Below are positions 9,487 through 19,921 of a DNA stretch of 59,081 nt, piece by piece. The number at the start of each line of letters is the position of its first letter. Within the stretch, counting starts at the first letter, position 1. Position numbers and translations under genes: made by a program. Below the pieces are notes generated by a model. That model searched no databases and had not been told where the DNA came from. It saw nothing but the letters and a program-made list of their open reading frames with translations. Location of the stretch: the sequence record DRR378314_895; one strand, 5' to 3'.

Positions 9487-10317
9487 ATGATAGAACGCGA
9501 ACCGCAACCAGAGACGCCGGAAAATGTGACGCAGACCATCACGCGTCTGGATCATGTCATGGACACATTGCCAAAGCGGCTGCGGCAATGTGCGGTCTTT
9601 ACCCGGCATCACCTGCATCTCATTGCTGTGTCGACAGTCTCTGACATGGCGTCGGCGTCTGGTGTGGCGCCGTCTGCCTATATCCGCTTTTGTCAGGCGG
9701 TCGGCTTCTCCGGGTATTCCGAAATGCAGACCCTGTTTCGGGCGCAATACACCAGTTTCCGACCGGACTATGAGCAACGGCTTGCGCAGTTGTCGCCTGA
9801 TGTGTCTCAGGGCAGTGGTGAGCTGTTGGCCGAGTTTGCGGAGTCAGGGCATCAATCCTTGATTGGTGTCGGTAATTCTGTTGCAAATGAAGGGCTTGCA
9901 AGGGTCGCGTCCGGTATGGCGCAGGCGCGTATTGTTCATCTTGTCGGCCTGCGGCGGGCATTCGCAGTGGTCAGTAACATGTCCTATCTTCTCGGTAAGT
10001 TGGACGTTCCAGCCGTGCTTCACTCAAACATCGGTAATCTGCATGCCGGGCTTGTGGCGGGGAGTGAGGATGTGATGTTTGCCATTACATTTGCGCCGTT
10101 CTCTGAGGAGACAATCACGCAGGCGCGTGCTGCAGCGGAGCGGGGTGTGACGGTCTATGGGCTGACCGACGCCGACGACTGTCCGCTCTTTGATTTCGCT
10201 GCGGAGGTGCTGGTCGTGAAAGAGCACGAAGTGGCAGGGTTCAGGGCGCTCAATGCATCCATCACGCTGACCACAGCGCTGTCGGTTTTGGTTGGCGCGC
10301 AGCGCGCGAAAACTTGA
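9487..10317 (+). CDS. iolR: RpiR/MurR-family repressor of inositol catabolism
   Basis: N-terminal HTH (SGVAPSAYIRFCQAVGFSGYSEMQ) plus SIS domain; iol context. Confidence 0.88.
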   Translation: MIEREPQPETPENVTQTITRLDHVMDTLPKRLRQCAVFTRHHLHLIAVSTVSDMASASGVAPSAYIRFCQAVGFSGYSEMQTLFRAQYTSFRPDYEQRLAQLSPDVSQGSGELLAEFAESGHQSLIGVGNSVANEGLARVASGMAQARIVHLVGLRRAFAVVSNMSYLLGKLDVPAVLHSNIGNLHAGLVAGSEDVMFAITFAPFSEETITQARAAAERGVTVYGLTDADDCPLFDFAAEVLVVKEHEVAGFRALNASITLTTALSVLVGAQRAKT

Positions 10318-10348
10318 CATGGAGCCTCGAAAACGGAATGAATGTTCC
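10314..10348 (+). promoter_or_regulatory. Promoter of the inositol ABC-iolCDEB operon with an IolR operator
   Basis: TTGACA at 10314-10319; GGAA-TGAATG-TTCC at 10335-10348 overlaps the expected -10 region. Confidence 0.72.
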
Positions 10349-10478
10349 ATAGGTGTGATTCGAGATTGAAGCGCATCGACCGGTGGGAGGCCGGTCTGGA
10401 GGAGGCCCGTTTGCCTGAAGGCATCGGATATCGGGCTAAGAGCCGGCTTGACCGGTCAACTGTCTAAGGGAGGATAAA

Positions 10479-11405
10479 TTGAAAACACTTATCAAAACTG
10501 CCGTTGCTGCTGCCAGCTTTGCACTGGCTGCCCCAGTTATGGCGCAGGACATCATTGTGGTCGCGCATGGTCAGGCCAACGATCCATTCTGGTCGGTCGT
10601 CAAAAATGGTGTCGAAAAAGCTGCAGCCGATACGGGTGCCAGCGTGGATTTCCGTTCGCCGGAGACGTTCGACATGGTGCAGATGAGCCAGCTCATCGAT
10701 GCTGCTGTGAATCAGGAACCTGACGGCCTGGTGGTTTCGATCCCGGACGCGGATGCGCTGTCGCCGTCGATCCGTCGTGCGGTCGAGGCTGGTATCCCGG
10801 TCATTTCCATGAACTCCGGTTCGGATGTGTCCAAGGATCTCGGTGCGCTGCTCCACGTAGGGCAGGACGAATACACGGCGGGCAAGGCCGCAGGCGAGAA
10901 ACTGGCTTCGATGGGCGGTACCGTTGGCATCTGTGTGAACCAGGAAGTGGGCAACGTCGCGCTCGATCAGCGTTGTCAGGGTTTCTCTGACGGGTTCGGT
11001 GGTTCTGTCGAGGTGATCCCGACCCAGAACGACCCGGCCGAAGTCGAAGCGAAGGTGAAGGCGGCGCTGGAATCCAACCCCGACATCGACACCGTGATGG
11101 GCCTGGGTGCATCGCTGGTGGGTGAACCTGCCGTCCGTGCCGTGGCTGCCGTGGGCCGCACCGGTGAGGTGAACGTGGCGACCTTCGACCTCTCGGCCAG
11201 CTTCCTGGAAAGCGTGGCCAAGGGCGACGCGGCCTTTGCGATCGACCAGCAGCAGTTCCTGCAGGGCTACCTGCCGGTGTCCTTCCTCGCGCTCAACGCA
11301 AAGTTCGGCCTGATCCCGGGTGGCAACGTGCCGTCTGGCCCGAACCTCATCACGCAGGACAAGGCGTCCCAAGTGGTTGAGCTGAGCGCCCAGGGCATCC
11401 GCTAA
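10479..11405 (+). CDS. Sugar (inositol) ABC transporter substrate-binding protein
   Basis: Signal peptide; HGQANDPFWSVVKNG; AIDQQQFLQGY; RBS GGAGG precedes TTG start. Confidence 0.9.
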   Translation: MKTLIKTAVAAASFALAAPVMAQDIIVVAHGQANDPFWSVVKNGVEKAAADTGASVDFRSPETFDMVQMSQLIDAAVNQEPDGLVVSIPDADALSPSIRRAVEAGIPVISMNSGSDVSKDLGALLHVGQDEYTAGKAAGEKLASMGGTVGICVNQEVGNVALDQRCQGFSDGFGGSVEVIPTQNDPAEVEAKVKAALESNPDIDTVMGLGASLVGEPAVRAVAAVGRTGEVNVATFDLSASFLESVAKGDAAFAIDQQQFLQGYLPVSFLALNAKFGLIPGGNVPSGPNLITQDKASQVVELSAQGIR

Positions 11406-11434
11406 CCCACTAAGGCACAATGCTGAATCGCTGA

Positions 11435-11469
11435 AGGGGCCGTGGCGCAAATGCCGCGCCACGGCCCCT
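11435..11469 (+). terminator. Intercistronic stem-loop after the binding-protein gene
   Basis: 14-bp perfect stem AGGGGCCGTGGCGC / GCGCCACGGCCCCT followed by CTTT. Confidence 0.7.
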
Positions 11470-11493
11470 CTTTGTCTCAAGGAGGAGCACGCC

Positions 11494-12600
11494 ATGGCCG
11501 ACGCGGCCCAAACCGTCGATGACGAACGCCTGAAGAAAGAAGGGCTTGGTGCCCGGTTGATGAAGCGCCCCGAGCTTGGCGCGATCGCCGGTGTCATTCT
11601 TGTCACCACTTTCTTTTTGATCACCGCAGACAGCAGCATGTTCACGCTGTCCGGTATCATGAACTTCATGACCCCTGCGGCGCAGTTGGGCATTCTGGCC
11701 ATCGGTGCTGCGATGCTGATGATCGGCGGCGAGTTCGACCTGTCGATCGGCTCCATGGTGGCCTTTGCGGGCCTGATCTTTGGCGCCTGCGTGGTGACGC
11801 TGGGGCTGCCGCTGATCCTGGCGATCCCGCTGACGCTGGCCGTTGCGGCTGGCCTTGGGGCGCTTAACGGTACAATCGTGCTGAAGACCGGCCTGCCGTC
11901 CTTCATCGTGACACTGGCCTTCCTGTTCATCCTGCGCGGCGCCTCGCTGGTCGGGCTGAAACTGGCCTCCGGCGGCTCCACCCAGCTGCGCGGCGTGCGC
12001 GACGCGGTCGAGGGCGACTGGCTGGCGCCGATGTTCTCGGGCGATGCCTTTGGTCCTGTCTTTGCCTGGCTGGCACAAGTCGGGGTGATCGACACCTTCA
12101 AGAATGGCACCCCCAAGGTGCCCGGCATCCCGGTCGAGATCCTGTGGTTCGTGGCGCTGGCGCTGGTGGCAACCTACGTGCTGCTGCGCACGCCGCAGGG
12201 CAACTGGGTGTTTGCCTCCGGCGGTGATCGCACGGCGGCCTCCAACTCCGGTGTGCCGGTGCGCAAGGTGAAGATTTCGCTCTTCATGGTGACCGCGATG
12301 TGTGGCGCGCTGGTGGCAATCATCACGGTGATGGATGCCGGATCAACCGATGCGCGGCGCGGCTTCATGAAGGAGTTCGAAGCCATCATCGCGGCGGTGA
12401 TCGGCGGCTGCCTGCTGACCGGCGGCTATGGATCTGCCATCGGGGCGTTCTTTGGCGCCATCATCTTTGGCATGGTGACGATCGGGCTGACCTACACCAA
12501 CTTCGATCAGGACTGGTTCCAGATCTTCCTGGGCGGCATGCTTCTGATCGCGGTGCTCTTCAACAACTACATTCGCAAGCGCGTGACGGGGGAACGCTGA
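11494..12600 (+). CDS. Sugar ABC transporter permease
   Basis: GGEFDLSIGS and EAIIAAVIGG motifs; multiple TM segments. Confidence 0.92.
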   Translation: MADAAQTVDDERLKKEGLGARLMKRPELGAIAGVILVTTFFLITADSSMFTLSGIMNFMTPAAQLGILAIGAAMLMIGGEFDLSIGSMVAFAGLIFGACVVTLGLPLILAIPLTLAVAAGLGALNGTIVLKTGLPSFIVTLAFLFILRGASLVGLKLASGGSTQLRGVRDAVEGDWLAPMFSGDAFGPVFAWLAQVGVIDTFKNGTPKVPGIPVEILWFVALALVATYVLLRTPQGNWVFASGGDRTAASNSGVPVRKVKISLFMVTAMCGALVAIITVMDAGSTDARRGFMKEFEAIIAAVIGGCLLTGGYGSAIGAFFGAIIFGMVTIGLTYTNFDQDWFQIFLGGMLLIAVLFNNYIRKRVTGER

Positions 12601-12601
12601 G

Positions 12602-13423
12602 ATGACCCAGGACACGACATTCCACCACGGTGACCAGCAGGGCACGACCCAGCCGATCATCAAGATGCAGAACATCGAAAAGCACTTTGGCAACATCATC
12701 GCGCTGGCGGGCGTCAGTTTCGACGTGAGGCCGGGCGAATGCCACTGCCTGCTGGGCGACAATGGTGCTGGCAAGTCGACCTTCATCAAAACGATGTCAG
12801 GTGTACACAAGCCCACCAAGGGCACCATCACTATCGACGACCAGCCGATGAATTTCGACAGTCCGCGCGATGCGATGGAAGCCGGGATTGCCACCGTCTT
12901 TCAGGATCTGGCGATGATCCCGCTGATGAGTGTGACGCGGAATTTCTTCATGGGGCGTGAGCCGGTGAAGGGACGCAAACCCTTCCGCCGCATGGATGTC
13001 GAGATGATGAACGAGACCGCGGTGGAGGAGATGCGCAAGATGGGCATCAACCTGCGTGGTCCCGATCAGGCGGTCGGCACGCTGTCGGGCGGTGAACGCC
13101 AGACGGTGGCGATTGCTCGCGCGGTTTATTTTGGCGCGCGGGTGCTGATCTTGGATGAGCCGACATCGGCGCTGGGCGTGCGGCAGACCTCGAACGTGCT
13201 GGCGACCATCGACCGGGTGCGCAAGCAAGGGGTTGGGGTGGTCTTCATCAGCCACAACGTGCGGCACGCGCTGGCGGTCGGGGACCGCTTTACCGTGCTC
13301 AACCGCGGCAAGACGCTGGGAACGGCGGAACGGGGTGACATCACGCCCGAGCAACTGCAGGATCTGATGGCGGGTGGCCAGGAAATGGCGCAGCTTGAAG
13401 GCTCGCTCGGGGGCACCGTCTGA
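12602..13423 (+). CDS. Sugar ABC transporter ATP-binding protein
   Basis: GDNGAGKST, LSGGERQ, ILDEPT. Confidence 0.93.
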   Translation: MTQDTTFHHGDQQGTTQPIIKMQNIEKHFGNIIALAGVSFDVRPGECHCLLGDNGAGKSTFIKTMSGVHKPTKGTITIDDQPMNFDSPRDAMEAGIATVFQDLAMIPLMSVTRNFFMGREPVKGRKPFRRMDVEMMNETAVEEMRKMGINLRGPDQAVGTLSGGERQTVAIARAVYFGARVLILDEPTSALGVRQTSNVLATIDRVRKQGVGVVFISHNVRHALAVGDRFTVLNRGKTLGTAERGDITPEQLQDLMAGGQEMAQLEGSLGGTV

Positions 13424-15336
13424 TGGCAAAGGATCTGGACCTCATCACCATCGGGCGGTCGTCTGTCGACCTTTACGGCGCGCAGATCGGTGGCCGTCTT
13501 GAAGACATGCGCAGTTTCGAGAAATACGTCGGCGGCTCCCCCACCAATATGGCAACGGGCACCGCGCGGCTTGGCCTGCGCTCGGCGCTGCTGACCAAGG
13601 TTGGCGACGAGCACATGGGCCGCTTCCTGAGGGAAGAGCTGGTGAAGGAGGGCGTCGACGTCACCGGCGTTCTCACCGATCCGGAACGGCTGACCGCGCT
13701 TGTGCTGCTGGGCATTCGCGATGAGGACCAGTTCCCGCTGATTTTCTACCGCGAGAATTGCGCCGATATGGCGCTGAGCGCGCAAGACGTGGACGAAGGC
13801 TTCATTGCCCGCGCCCGCGCCGTGGTCGCCACCGGCACCCATCTGTCCAATCCCCGCACCGAGGCGGCCGTGCTGAAAGCGCTGGACTTCGCGCGCAAAC
13901 ACGGCGCGCAGACCGCGCTGGACATTGATTTCCGCCCCAATCTCTGGGGGCTGTCGGGCCACGGCGATGGCGAAAACCGCTTTATCGCCTCAGCAGCGGT
14001 GACGGAAAAGCTGCAATCGACCCTGCATCTGTTTGACCTGATCGTCGGCACCGAAGAGGAATTCCACATCGCGGGCGGCACCACCGACACGGTCGCAGCA
14101 CTGCGCGCGGTGCGCGCGGTCTCGGGTGCGACGCTGGTCTGCAAACGCGGTGCCGATGGCGCGGTGGCCTTCACCGGCGCGATCCCGGACAGGTTGGACG
14201 AGGGCCAAAGCGGCCCCGGTTTTCCCATCGAGGTCTTTAATGTGCTCGGTGCGGGCGATGGCTTCATGTCCGGTCTTCTGAAAGGCTGGCTCGACGGCGA
14301 AGATTGGCCCACCTCACTCAAATACGCCAATGCCTGCGGGGCCTTTGCCGTCAGCCGTCATGGCTGCACCCCCGCCTACCCCAGCTGGGAAGAGCTGCAA
14401 TTCTTCCTCCAGCGCGGCGTGGTGGAGAAAGCCTTGCGCAACGACACCGCGCTGGAGCAGATCCATTGGTCCACCACCCGCAAGCGTAACTGGGACGATC
14501 TGCGGGTCTTTGCCTTTGATCACCGCATGCAGATGGAAGAGATGGACGGCGCCACGCCCGAGCGCATCGGCGCGTTCAAGGAGCTCTGCCTCAGGGCCGC
14601 TGTTGCACAGGCCGCTGGCCGCCCCGGTCACGGCATCCTCTGCGATGGTCGCCTTGGCGCGCGCGCGCTTTATGCGGCAGCGGGTCAGGGTCTGTGGATC
14701 GGCCGCCCGGTGGAATGGCCCGGCTCGCGCCCCTTGCGGCTGGAACCGCAGGTGGGCGAGGATGCGGGCGGGCTGAAGGAATGGCCCGGCGAACATGTGG
14801 TCAAATGCCTGTGCTTCCCGCATCCCGACGATGACGACGCGATGTGGGTCGACCAGATCGCCACCATCACCCGCGTGTTCCAGTCCTGCCGCCGCAACGG
14901 GCTTGAATTCCTGCTGGAGGTGATCCCCTCCAAGGTCGGCCCCGTTGACGATAAAACCACGCCAGATGTCATCCAGCGCGTATACGATGCCGGCATCTAC
15001 CCCGATTGGTGGAAGCTTGAACCCTTCCGCTCCGAGGCCGCATGGGCTGCAAGCTGCGAAGCGATCGAGCGCAACGACAAATGCACCCGTGGTATCGTGG
15101 TGCTGGGTCTGGACGCCCCGGAGGACGAGCTGCGCGAGAGCTTTGCCCTCGCCGTGCGCTTCCCGCTGGTCAAAGGGTTTGCCGTCGGGCGGACGATCTT
15201 TGGCGATGTGGCCCGCGACTGGTTTGCAAACCGCATAGACGACGACAGCGCCGTGGCGCGCATGACAGAGAATTACGCCCGGCTTTGCGATGTCTGGGCG
15301 CAGGCACGCGCACGCACAATGGAGGCGGCACAATGA
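13423..15336 (+). CDS. iolC: 5-dehydro-2-deoxygluconokinase fused to a C-terminal DUF2090 aldolase-like domain
   Basis: PfkB motifs GGSPTN and VLGAGDGF; C-terminal VFAFDHR...DWWKLEP...GFAVGRTIF. Confidence 0.93.
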   Translation: MAKDLDLITIGRSSVDLYGAQIGGRLEDMRSFEKYVGGSPTNMATGTARLGLRSALLTKVGDEHMGRFLREELVKEGVDVTGVLTDPERLTALVLLGIRDEDQFPLIFYRENCADMALSAQDVDEGFIARARAVVATGTHLSNPRTEAAVLKALDFARKHGAQTALDIDFRPNLWGLSGHGDGENRFIASAAVTEKLQSTLHLFDLIVGTEEEFHIAGGTTDTVAALRAVRAVSGATLVCKRGADGAVAFTGAIPDRLDEGQSGPGFPIEVFNVLGAGDGFMSGLLKGWLDGEDWPTSLKYANACGAFAVSRHGCTPAYPSWEELQFFLQRGVVEKALRNDTALEQIHWSTTRKRNWDDLRVFAFDHRMQMEEMDGATPERIGAFKELCLRAAVAQAAGRPGHGILCDGRLGARALYAAAGQGLWIGRPVEWPGSRPLRLEPQVGEDAGGLKEWPGEHVVKCLCFPHPDDDDAMWVDQIATITRVFQSCRRNGLEFLLEVIPSKVGPVDDKTTPDVIQRVYDAGIYPDWWKLEPFRSEAAWAASCEAIERNDKCTRGIVVLGLDAPEDELRESFALAVRFPLVKGFAVGRTIFGDVARDWFANRIDDDSAVARMTENYARLCDVWAQARARTMEAAQ

Positions 15337-17162
15337 GCACGATCCGGCTAACCGCGGCGCAGGCGATGGTGAAATATATCGCCGCACAACTGAACGAGGA
15401 GGGCGAGCCCTTCCTTGCCGGAATTTGGGCGATCTTTGGCCATGGTAATGTGGCCGGTCTGGGCGAGGCGCTGCATGGCGCGCGCGAAGAATTTCGCACC
15501 TATCGTGGCCATAATGAACAGACGATGGCCCATGCGGCGATTGCCTATGCCAAGCAATCCGCGCGCACGCGGGCGATGGCGGTCACCTCTTCCATCGGCC
15601 CCGGTGCCACCAATATGGTGACCGCCGCCGCGTTGGCGCATGTGAACCGGCTGCCGCTGCTGCTGATCCCCGGCGATGTCTTTGCCAACCGGGGCCCCGA
15701 CCCGGTGTTGCAGCAGATCGAGGATTTCGGCGATGGCACCACCAGCGCCAATGACTGTTTCAAACCCGTCACGCGTTATTTCGACCGCATCATGCGTCCC
15801 GAACAGCTGCTCACCGCCCTGCCGCGCGCCTTTCGCACCATGACCGATCCGGCAGACTGCGGCCCGGTCTGCCTGTCGTTCTGTCAGGACGTGCAGGCCG
15901 AAGCCTTTGACTGGCCCGAGGCCTTCTTTGCGCCGCGCATCTGGCAGACCCGCCGCCCCCGCCCGGATGAGGGCGAGTTGGCGCGGGTCGCCGACCTGCT
16001 GAAAGCGGCGAAATCTCCGGTAATCGTGGCCGGGGGTGGCGTGCATTACGCGGGCGCTTGCGCCGGGCTGCAACGCTTTGCCGAGGCGCATCAGATCCCG
16101 GTTGTGGAAAGCCAGGCCGGCAAATCCGCCCTTGCGTGGGATCACCCGCTGAACCTCGGCCCCGTCGGCGTGACCGGTGCGGGCTGCGCCAATGAGGTCT
16201 GCGCCGGGGCCGATCTGGTTCTCGGTGTTGGCACAAGGTTTCAGGATTTCACCACCGGCTCGTGGAACCTGTTCCAGAACCCGGATCGCACGCTCGTCTC
16301 GCTCAATGTTGCTGCCTATGACGCAATGAAACATGGCGCAGAGCCGCTCTGCTGCGATGCCCGCGTCGGGCTGGAGCTGCTGGGCGCGGCGCTTGGTGAT
16401 CTGCAATTCGCCGCCCCCTCCGCCACCCTCAAGGACGCGTGGTTCAGCGCGGTTGACCCGCTCACCGCCGCCCCGCACGAGGACATCCAGCTGCCGAGTG
16501 ACCAGCAGGTGATCGGCGCGGTGCAACGCGCCTCCGGTCCCGACACGGTGGTGATGTGCGCGGCGGGCACCATGCCGGGCGAGCTGCACAAACTCTGGAA
16601 AGCCCCGCGCCCCGGGGCCTACCACATGGAATACGGCTATTCCTGCATGGGCTACGAGATCGCCGGCGCCATGGGCATCAAGATGGCGCAGCCAGACCGC
16701 GATGTGGTCTGCATGATCGGCGACGGCAGCTATATGATGGCCAACTCGGAACTGGCGACGGCGGCGATGCTGGGCATCGACATGACCGTGGTGATCACCG
16801 ACAACCGCGGCTACGGCTGCATCAACCGGCTGCAAATGGGCACCGGCGGGGCAGAGTTCAACAACCTCCTCGACCATTCCCATCACGTGACACCGTCGAA
16901 CATCGACTTTGCCGCCCATGCCGCATCCATGGGGGCGGCGGCCGTACATGTCAGCAGCATTGCAGAACTGGAAGAGGCCCTGAGCCGCGCCAATTCCGCC
17001 AAAGGGCCGTTTGTGGTGGTGATCGACACCGACCCCTACCCCTCGACGCCCGATGGCGGCCATTGGTGGGACGTGGCGGTGCCCGAAGTGTCCGAGCGGG
17101 CCGAGGTGCGCGCCAAACGCGCCGAATATGAAAAACAGATCAAGGCCCGCGCGCTCAACTGA
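15333..17162 (+). CDS. iolD: 3D-(3,5/4)-trihydroxycyclohexane-1,2-dione acylhydrolase
   Basis: MSTIRLTAAQA, IFGHGNVAG, YHMEYGYSCMGYEIAG, TPP motif GDGSY; start overlaps the iolC stop. Confidence 0.95.
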   Translation: MSTIRLTAAQAMVKYIAAQLNEEGEPFLAGIWAIFGHGNVAGLGEALHGAREEFRTYRGHNEQTMAHAAIAYAKQSARTRAMAVTSSIGPGATNMVTAAALAHVNRLPLLLIPGDVFANRGPDPVLQQIEDFGDGTTSANDCFKPVTRYFDRIMRPEQLLTALPRAFRTMTDPADCGPVCLSFCQDVQAEAFDWPEAFFAPRIWQTRRPRPDEGELARVADLLKAAKSPVIVAGGGVHYAGACAGLQRFAEAHQIPVVESQAGKSALAWDHPLNLGPVGVTGAGCANEVCAGADLVLGVGTRFQDFTTGSWNLFQNPDRTLVSLNVAAYDAMKHGAEPLCCDARVGLELLGAALGDLQFAAPSATLKDAWFSAVDPLTAAPHEDIQLPSDQQVIGAVQRASGPDTVVMCAAGTMPGELHKLWKAPRPGAYHMEYGYSCMGYEIAGAMGIKMAQPDRDVVCMIGDGSYMMANSELATAAMLGIDMTVVITDNRGYGCINRLQMGTGGAEFNNLLDHSHHVTPSNIDFAAHAASMGAAAVHVSSIAELEEALSRANSAKGPFVVVIDTDPYPSTPDGGHWWDVAVPEVSERAEVRAKRAEYEKQIKARALN

Positions 17163-17263
17163 CGCCCGTGGCCTGCCTTTCCGGGGTGCGTCCTCCCGCG
17201 CGTCGGAAAGGCCCCAGTTTTGGATCAGGCGCGGACATGCGCCCACAACGAAAGATACCGCCC

Positions 17264-18169
17264 ATGAGCGTCAAGATCGGCATCTCCCCCATCGCATGGC
17301 AGAACGACGACCTGCCCGACCTCACCGCCGCCTACACGATGGAACAGGCCCTGAGCGAAGCGCGCGAGATCGGCTATACCGGGGTCGAACGTGGCCGTCG
17401 CATGCCCCAGGACACCGAAGGGCTGCGCAAGTATCTGAACGAATACGACATTTCGCTCTGTGGTGGCTGGTGCTCGGGCAACCTTTTGGTCAATGACGTC
17501 GAGACCGAAAAAGCCGCCATCGCAGAGCAGGTCGCACAATTCGCCGCTTTGGGCGCGCCCTGTCTGGTCTATGCGGAATGCTCCAACACCGTGCAGGGCG
17601 ACCGCACGACCCCGGTGAACAACCGCCCCAAGCTTGCGCGGGACGAGGTGCGCGCCTATGCGGCCAAGCTCTCTGAACTGGCCAAGTGGATGACCGACAA
17701 GGGCCTGCCTCTGGCCTATCACCATCACATGGGGGCCTTCATCGAGGATCAAGAGGATATCGATTGGCTGATGGAGGCCAGCAGCCCCGAGGTGACATTG
17801 CTTTATGACACTGGCCATCTGGTCTTTGGCGGCGGCGACCTTTTGGGCACGCTCGACAAATGGGGCGACCGCATCCACCACGTCCACTACAAGGATCTGC
17901 GCGCCAATATCGCCGCGCAGGCCCGCACTGAGAGCTGGTCCTTTCTGGATGCGGTGATCGCCGGGGCCTTTACCGTGCCGGGGGATACCGAAGGGTCCAT
18001 CGACTTTGCGGCCGTGACCGAACGTCTGGCCAAAATGGGCTATCAGGGCTGGATCGTGGTCGAGGCCGAGCAAGACCCCGCGAAGGTCGCGCCCTATGCG
18101 GCGTCAAAACTGGGCTATCAGACCATTCGCGACCTCTGCGCGCGTTATGGGCTAGAGTTTGCGGGTTAG
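17264..18169 (+). CDS. iolE: myo-inosose-2 dehydratase
   Basis: GISPIAWQNDDLP, YHHHMG, FTVPGD, VVEAEQDP. Confidence 0.95.
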   Translation: MSVKIGISPIAWQNDDLPDLTAAYTMEQALSEAREIGYTGVERGRRMPQDTEGLRKYLNEYDISLCGGWCSGNLLVNDVETEKAAIAEQVAQFAALGAPCLVYAECSNTVQGDRTTPVNNRPKLARDEVRAYAAKLSELAKWMTDKGLPLAYHHHMGAFIEDQEDIDWLMEASSPEVTLLYDTGHLVFGGGDLLGTLDKWGDRIHHVHYKDLRANIAAQARTESWSFLDAVIAGAFTVPGDTEGSIDFAAVTERLAKMGYQGWIVVEAEQDPAKVAPYAASKLGYQTIRDLCARYGLEFAG

Positions 18170-18201
18170 TCCCCGCGCCCCAACAACAGGAGGCAAGACC
18201 C

Positions 18202-19008
18202 ATGAGCGATCTGCTGCGAAAACCCTTTGGCACCCATGGCGAGGTGCACCGCATCACACCCGAAAGTGCAGGCTGGCGATACGTCGGCTTTGCCCTGCAC
18301 CGTTTGCGCGCGGGCGAACACGTGGCAGACGTGACCGGTGAGCGTGAAGTGATCCTGGTGATGGTCGAAGGCAAGGCCAAGCTGACAGGCGCGGGACAGG
18401 ACTGGGGCGAGCTGGGCGCGCGCATGTCTGTCTTTGAGAAAACCCCGCCCCATTGCCTGTATCTGCCCAATGGCAGCGACTGGAGCGCCGAGGCCACCAC
18501 CGATTGCACCATCGCGGTCTGCTCCGCACCGGGTAAGGGCGGCCATGCGGCGCGCCGGATCGGCCCCGAGGGCATCACCCTCACAGAGCGCGGCAAGGGC
18601 ACCAACACCCGCTACATCAACAATATCGCGATGGAGAACGAGGACTATTGCGACAGCCTGCTGGTCACCGAGGTTTTCACCCCCGCCGGCCACTGGTCGT
18701 CCTTCCCCAGCCACCGCCACGACGAGGATGATTTCCCCCGGATCACCTATCTGGAGGAGACCTATTATCACCGCCTGAACCCGGCGAGCGGCTTTGGCAT
18801 CCAGCGCGTCTATACCGATGACGGGCAGCTGGATGAAACCATGGCGGTCGCGGATGGCGATGTGGTCCTGGTGCCGCGCGGGCATCACCCCTGCGGCGCG
18901 CCTTATGGGTTCGAGATGTATTACCTCAACGTTATGGCCGGCCCGCTGCGCAAATGGCGCTTTGTGGCCGCTCCGGAGGTCGAATGGATCATGGAGCGTG
19001 ACAGCTGA
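18202..19008 (+). CDS. iolB: 5-deoxy-glucuronate isomerase
   Basis: EVFTPAGHWSSFPSHRHD, LEETYY, YYLNVMAGP. Confidence 0.95.
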   Translation: MSDLLRKPFGTHGEVHRITPESAGWRYVGFALHRLRAGEHVADVTGEREVILVMVEGKAKLTGAGQDWGELGARMSVFEKTPPHCLYLPNGSDWSAEATTDCTIAVCSAPGKGGHAARRIGPEGITLTERGKGTNTRYINNIAMENEDYCDSLLVTEVFTPAGHWSSFPSHRHDEDDFPRITYLEETYYHRLNPASGFGIQRVYTDDGQLDETMAVADGDVVLVPRGHHPCGAPYGFEMYYLNVMAGPLRKWRFVAAPEVEWIMERDS

Positions 19009-19042
19009 CGAGGCGCAGGCACGGTTTGGACGGAAATTATCG

Positions 19043-19798
19043 CTATGCGCTCGGCTTGCGTGCGCTGATGGCGTAGCGATGCTCTGATCTGCGCAACAGC
19101 GACTTTCTCCAACCGAACGCGGAGGCCTGCGCGCGGTGAATGGGGGTGAGGTGCGTGTCGATGGTCACGTCTGTAAACCCGCACTGTGTCAGCAGCGCCG
19201 CGACCGCATGCGCCCGAGCGCCATTTGAAAAGTAAACACGAGACAGAATGGCTTGATGACGGGCCATGTTGCGGTAGGGCGGTGCGGGCTTCAGTCGGGC
19301 CGCCAGTCGTGCAACTAGGCTGCGGCTGACAAAATCACCATCCACGAGCAACAATTGCCCACCAGGGGCGAGGGTCCGGTGCCAGGCTGCAAAGGCCGCC
19401 GCAGGGTCCACCAGCGTCCAGACCAGGTGCCGCGTCACGATCACATCAACGCTCCCCTCCGGCAGCATTGGGCGTTCAGCATCCGCTTGCAGGAAGGTCA
19501 CCTCCGGCAGCTTTGCCCGTGCGCGCTCCAGCATGGCCTCAGACCAGTCGAGACCCGTAACTGAAAAGCCAAGTCGCTGGCACAGCCGCGCGATCTCGCC
19601 AGTGCCAGAGGCCAGATCGAGTAGATGTCGCCTCTGTGCGCTGCCCAGATGCCGGCGAAACAGGGCCTCCCAGGCTGCCATCTCTGCCCCGTCGTCGATC
19701 CGATGCCCCGGATCGCTATCGAAGGTTGCTGCGCGATCGGACCAATAATCGCGGATCTCGTCACGTAGGTCACGATTGGGCAAGGTTTGATGAGACAT
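19043..19798 (-). CDS. Class I SAM-dependent methyltransferase
   Basis: LDLASGTG, GLDWSEAML, QADAE, RHLVWTL, LAPGG. Confidence 0.88.
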   Translation of the reverse strand: MSHQTLPNRDLRDEIRDYWSDRAATFDSDPGHRIDDGAEMAAWEALFRRHLGSAQRRHLLDLASGTGEIARLCQRLGFSVTGLDWSEAMLERARAKLPEVTFLQADAERPMLPEGSVDVIVTRHLVWTLVDPAAAFAAWHRTLAPGGQLLLVDGDFVSRSLVARLAARLKPAPPYRNMARHQAILSRVYFSNGARAHAVAALLTQCGFTDVTIDTHLTPIHRAQASAFGWRKSLLRRSEHRYAISARKPSA

Positions 19799-19836
19799 GG
19801 GGCGCTCCGAAGCAGTATGTATGGCAATTGCTGTCG

Positions 19837-19879
19837 CTGAGTGATTTTGTCAAGTTTTATGATTGACGGAATTACTCAG
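19837..19879. promoter_or_regulatory. Two TGA-N9-TCA iron-responsive boxes (Iron-Rhodo/RirA-IscR type)
   Basis: CTGAGTGATTTTGTCAA (19837-19853) and TTGACGGAATTACTCAG (19863-19879), mutually inverted at 14/17, between the divergent methyltransferase and Fe-ABC genes. Confidence 0.65.
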
Positions 19880-19921
19880 AATTAATAGGGCTGCGATGCC
19901 TGTCACCCAAAGGACCGCATT

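Noticed and set aside
15042-15332. N-terminal extensions in the ORF track (iolD from 15042; similarly 17168, 21731, 25515, 46906)
   Set aside because: They overlap upstream genes or intergenic hairpins; downstream ATGs match family N-termini and stop-start coupling.
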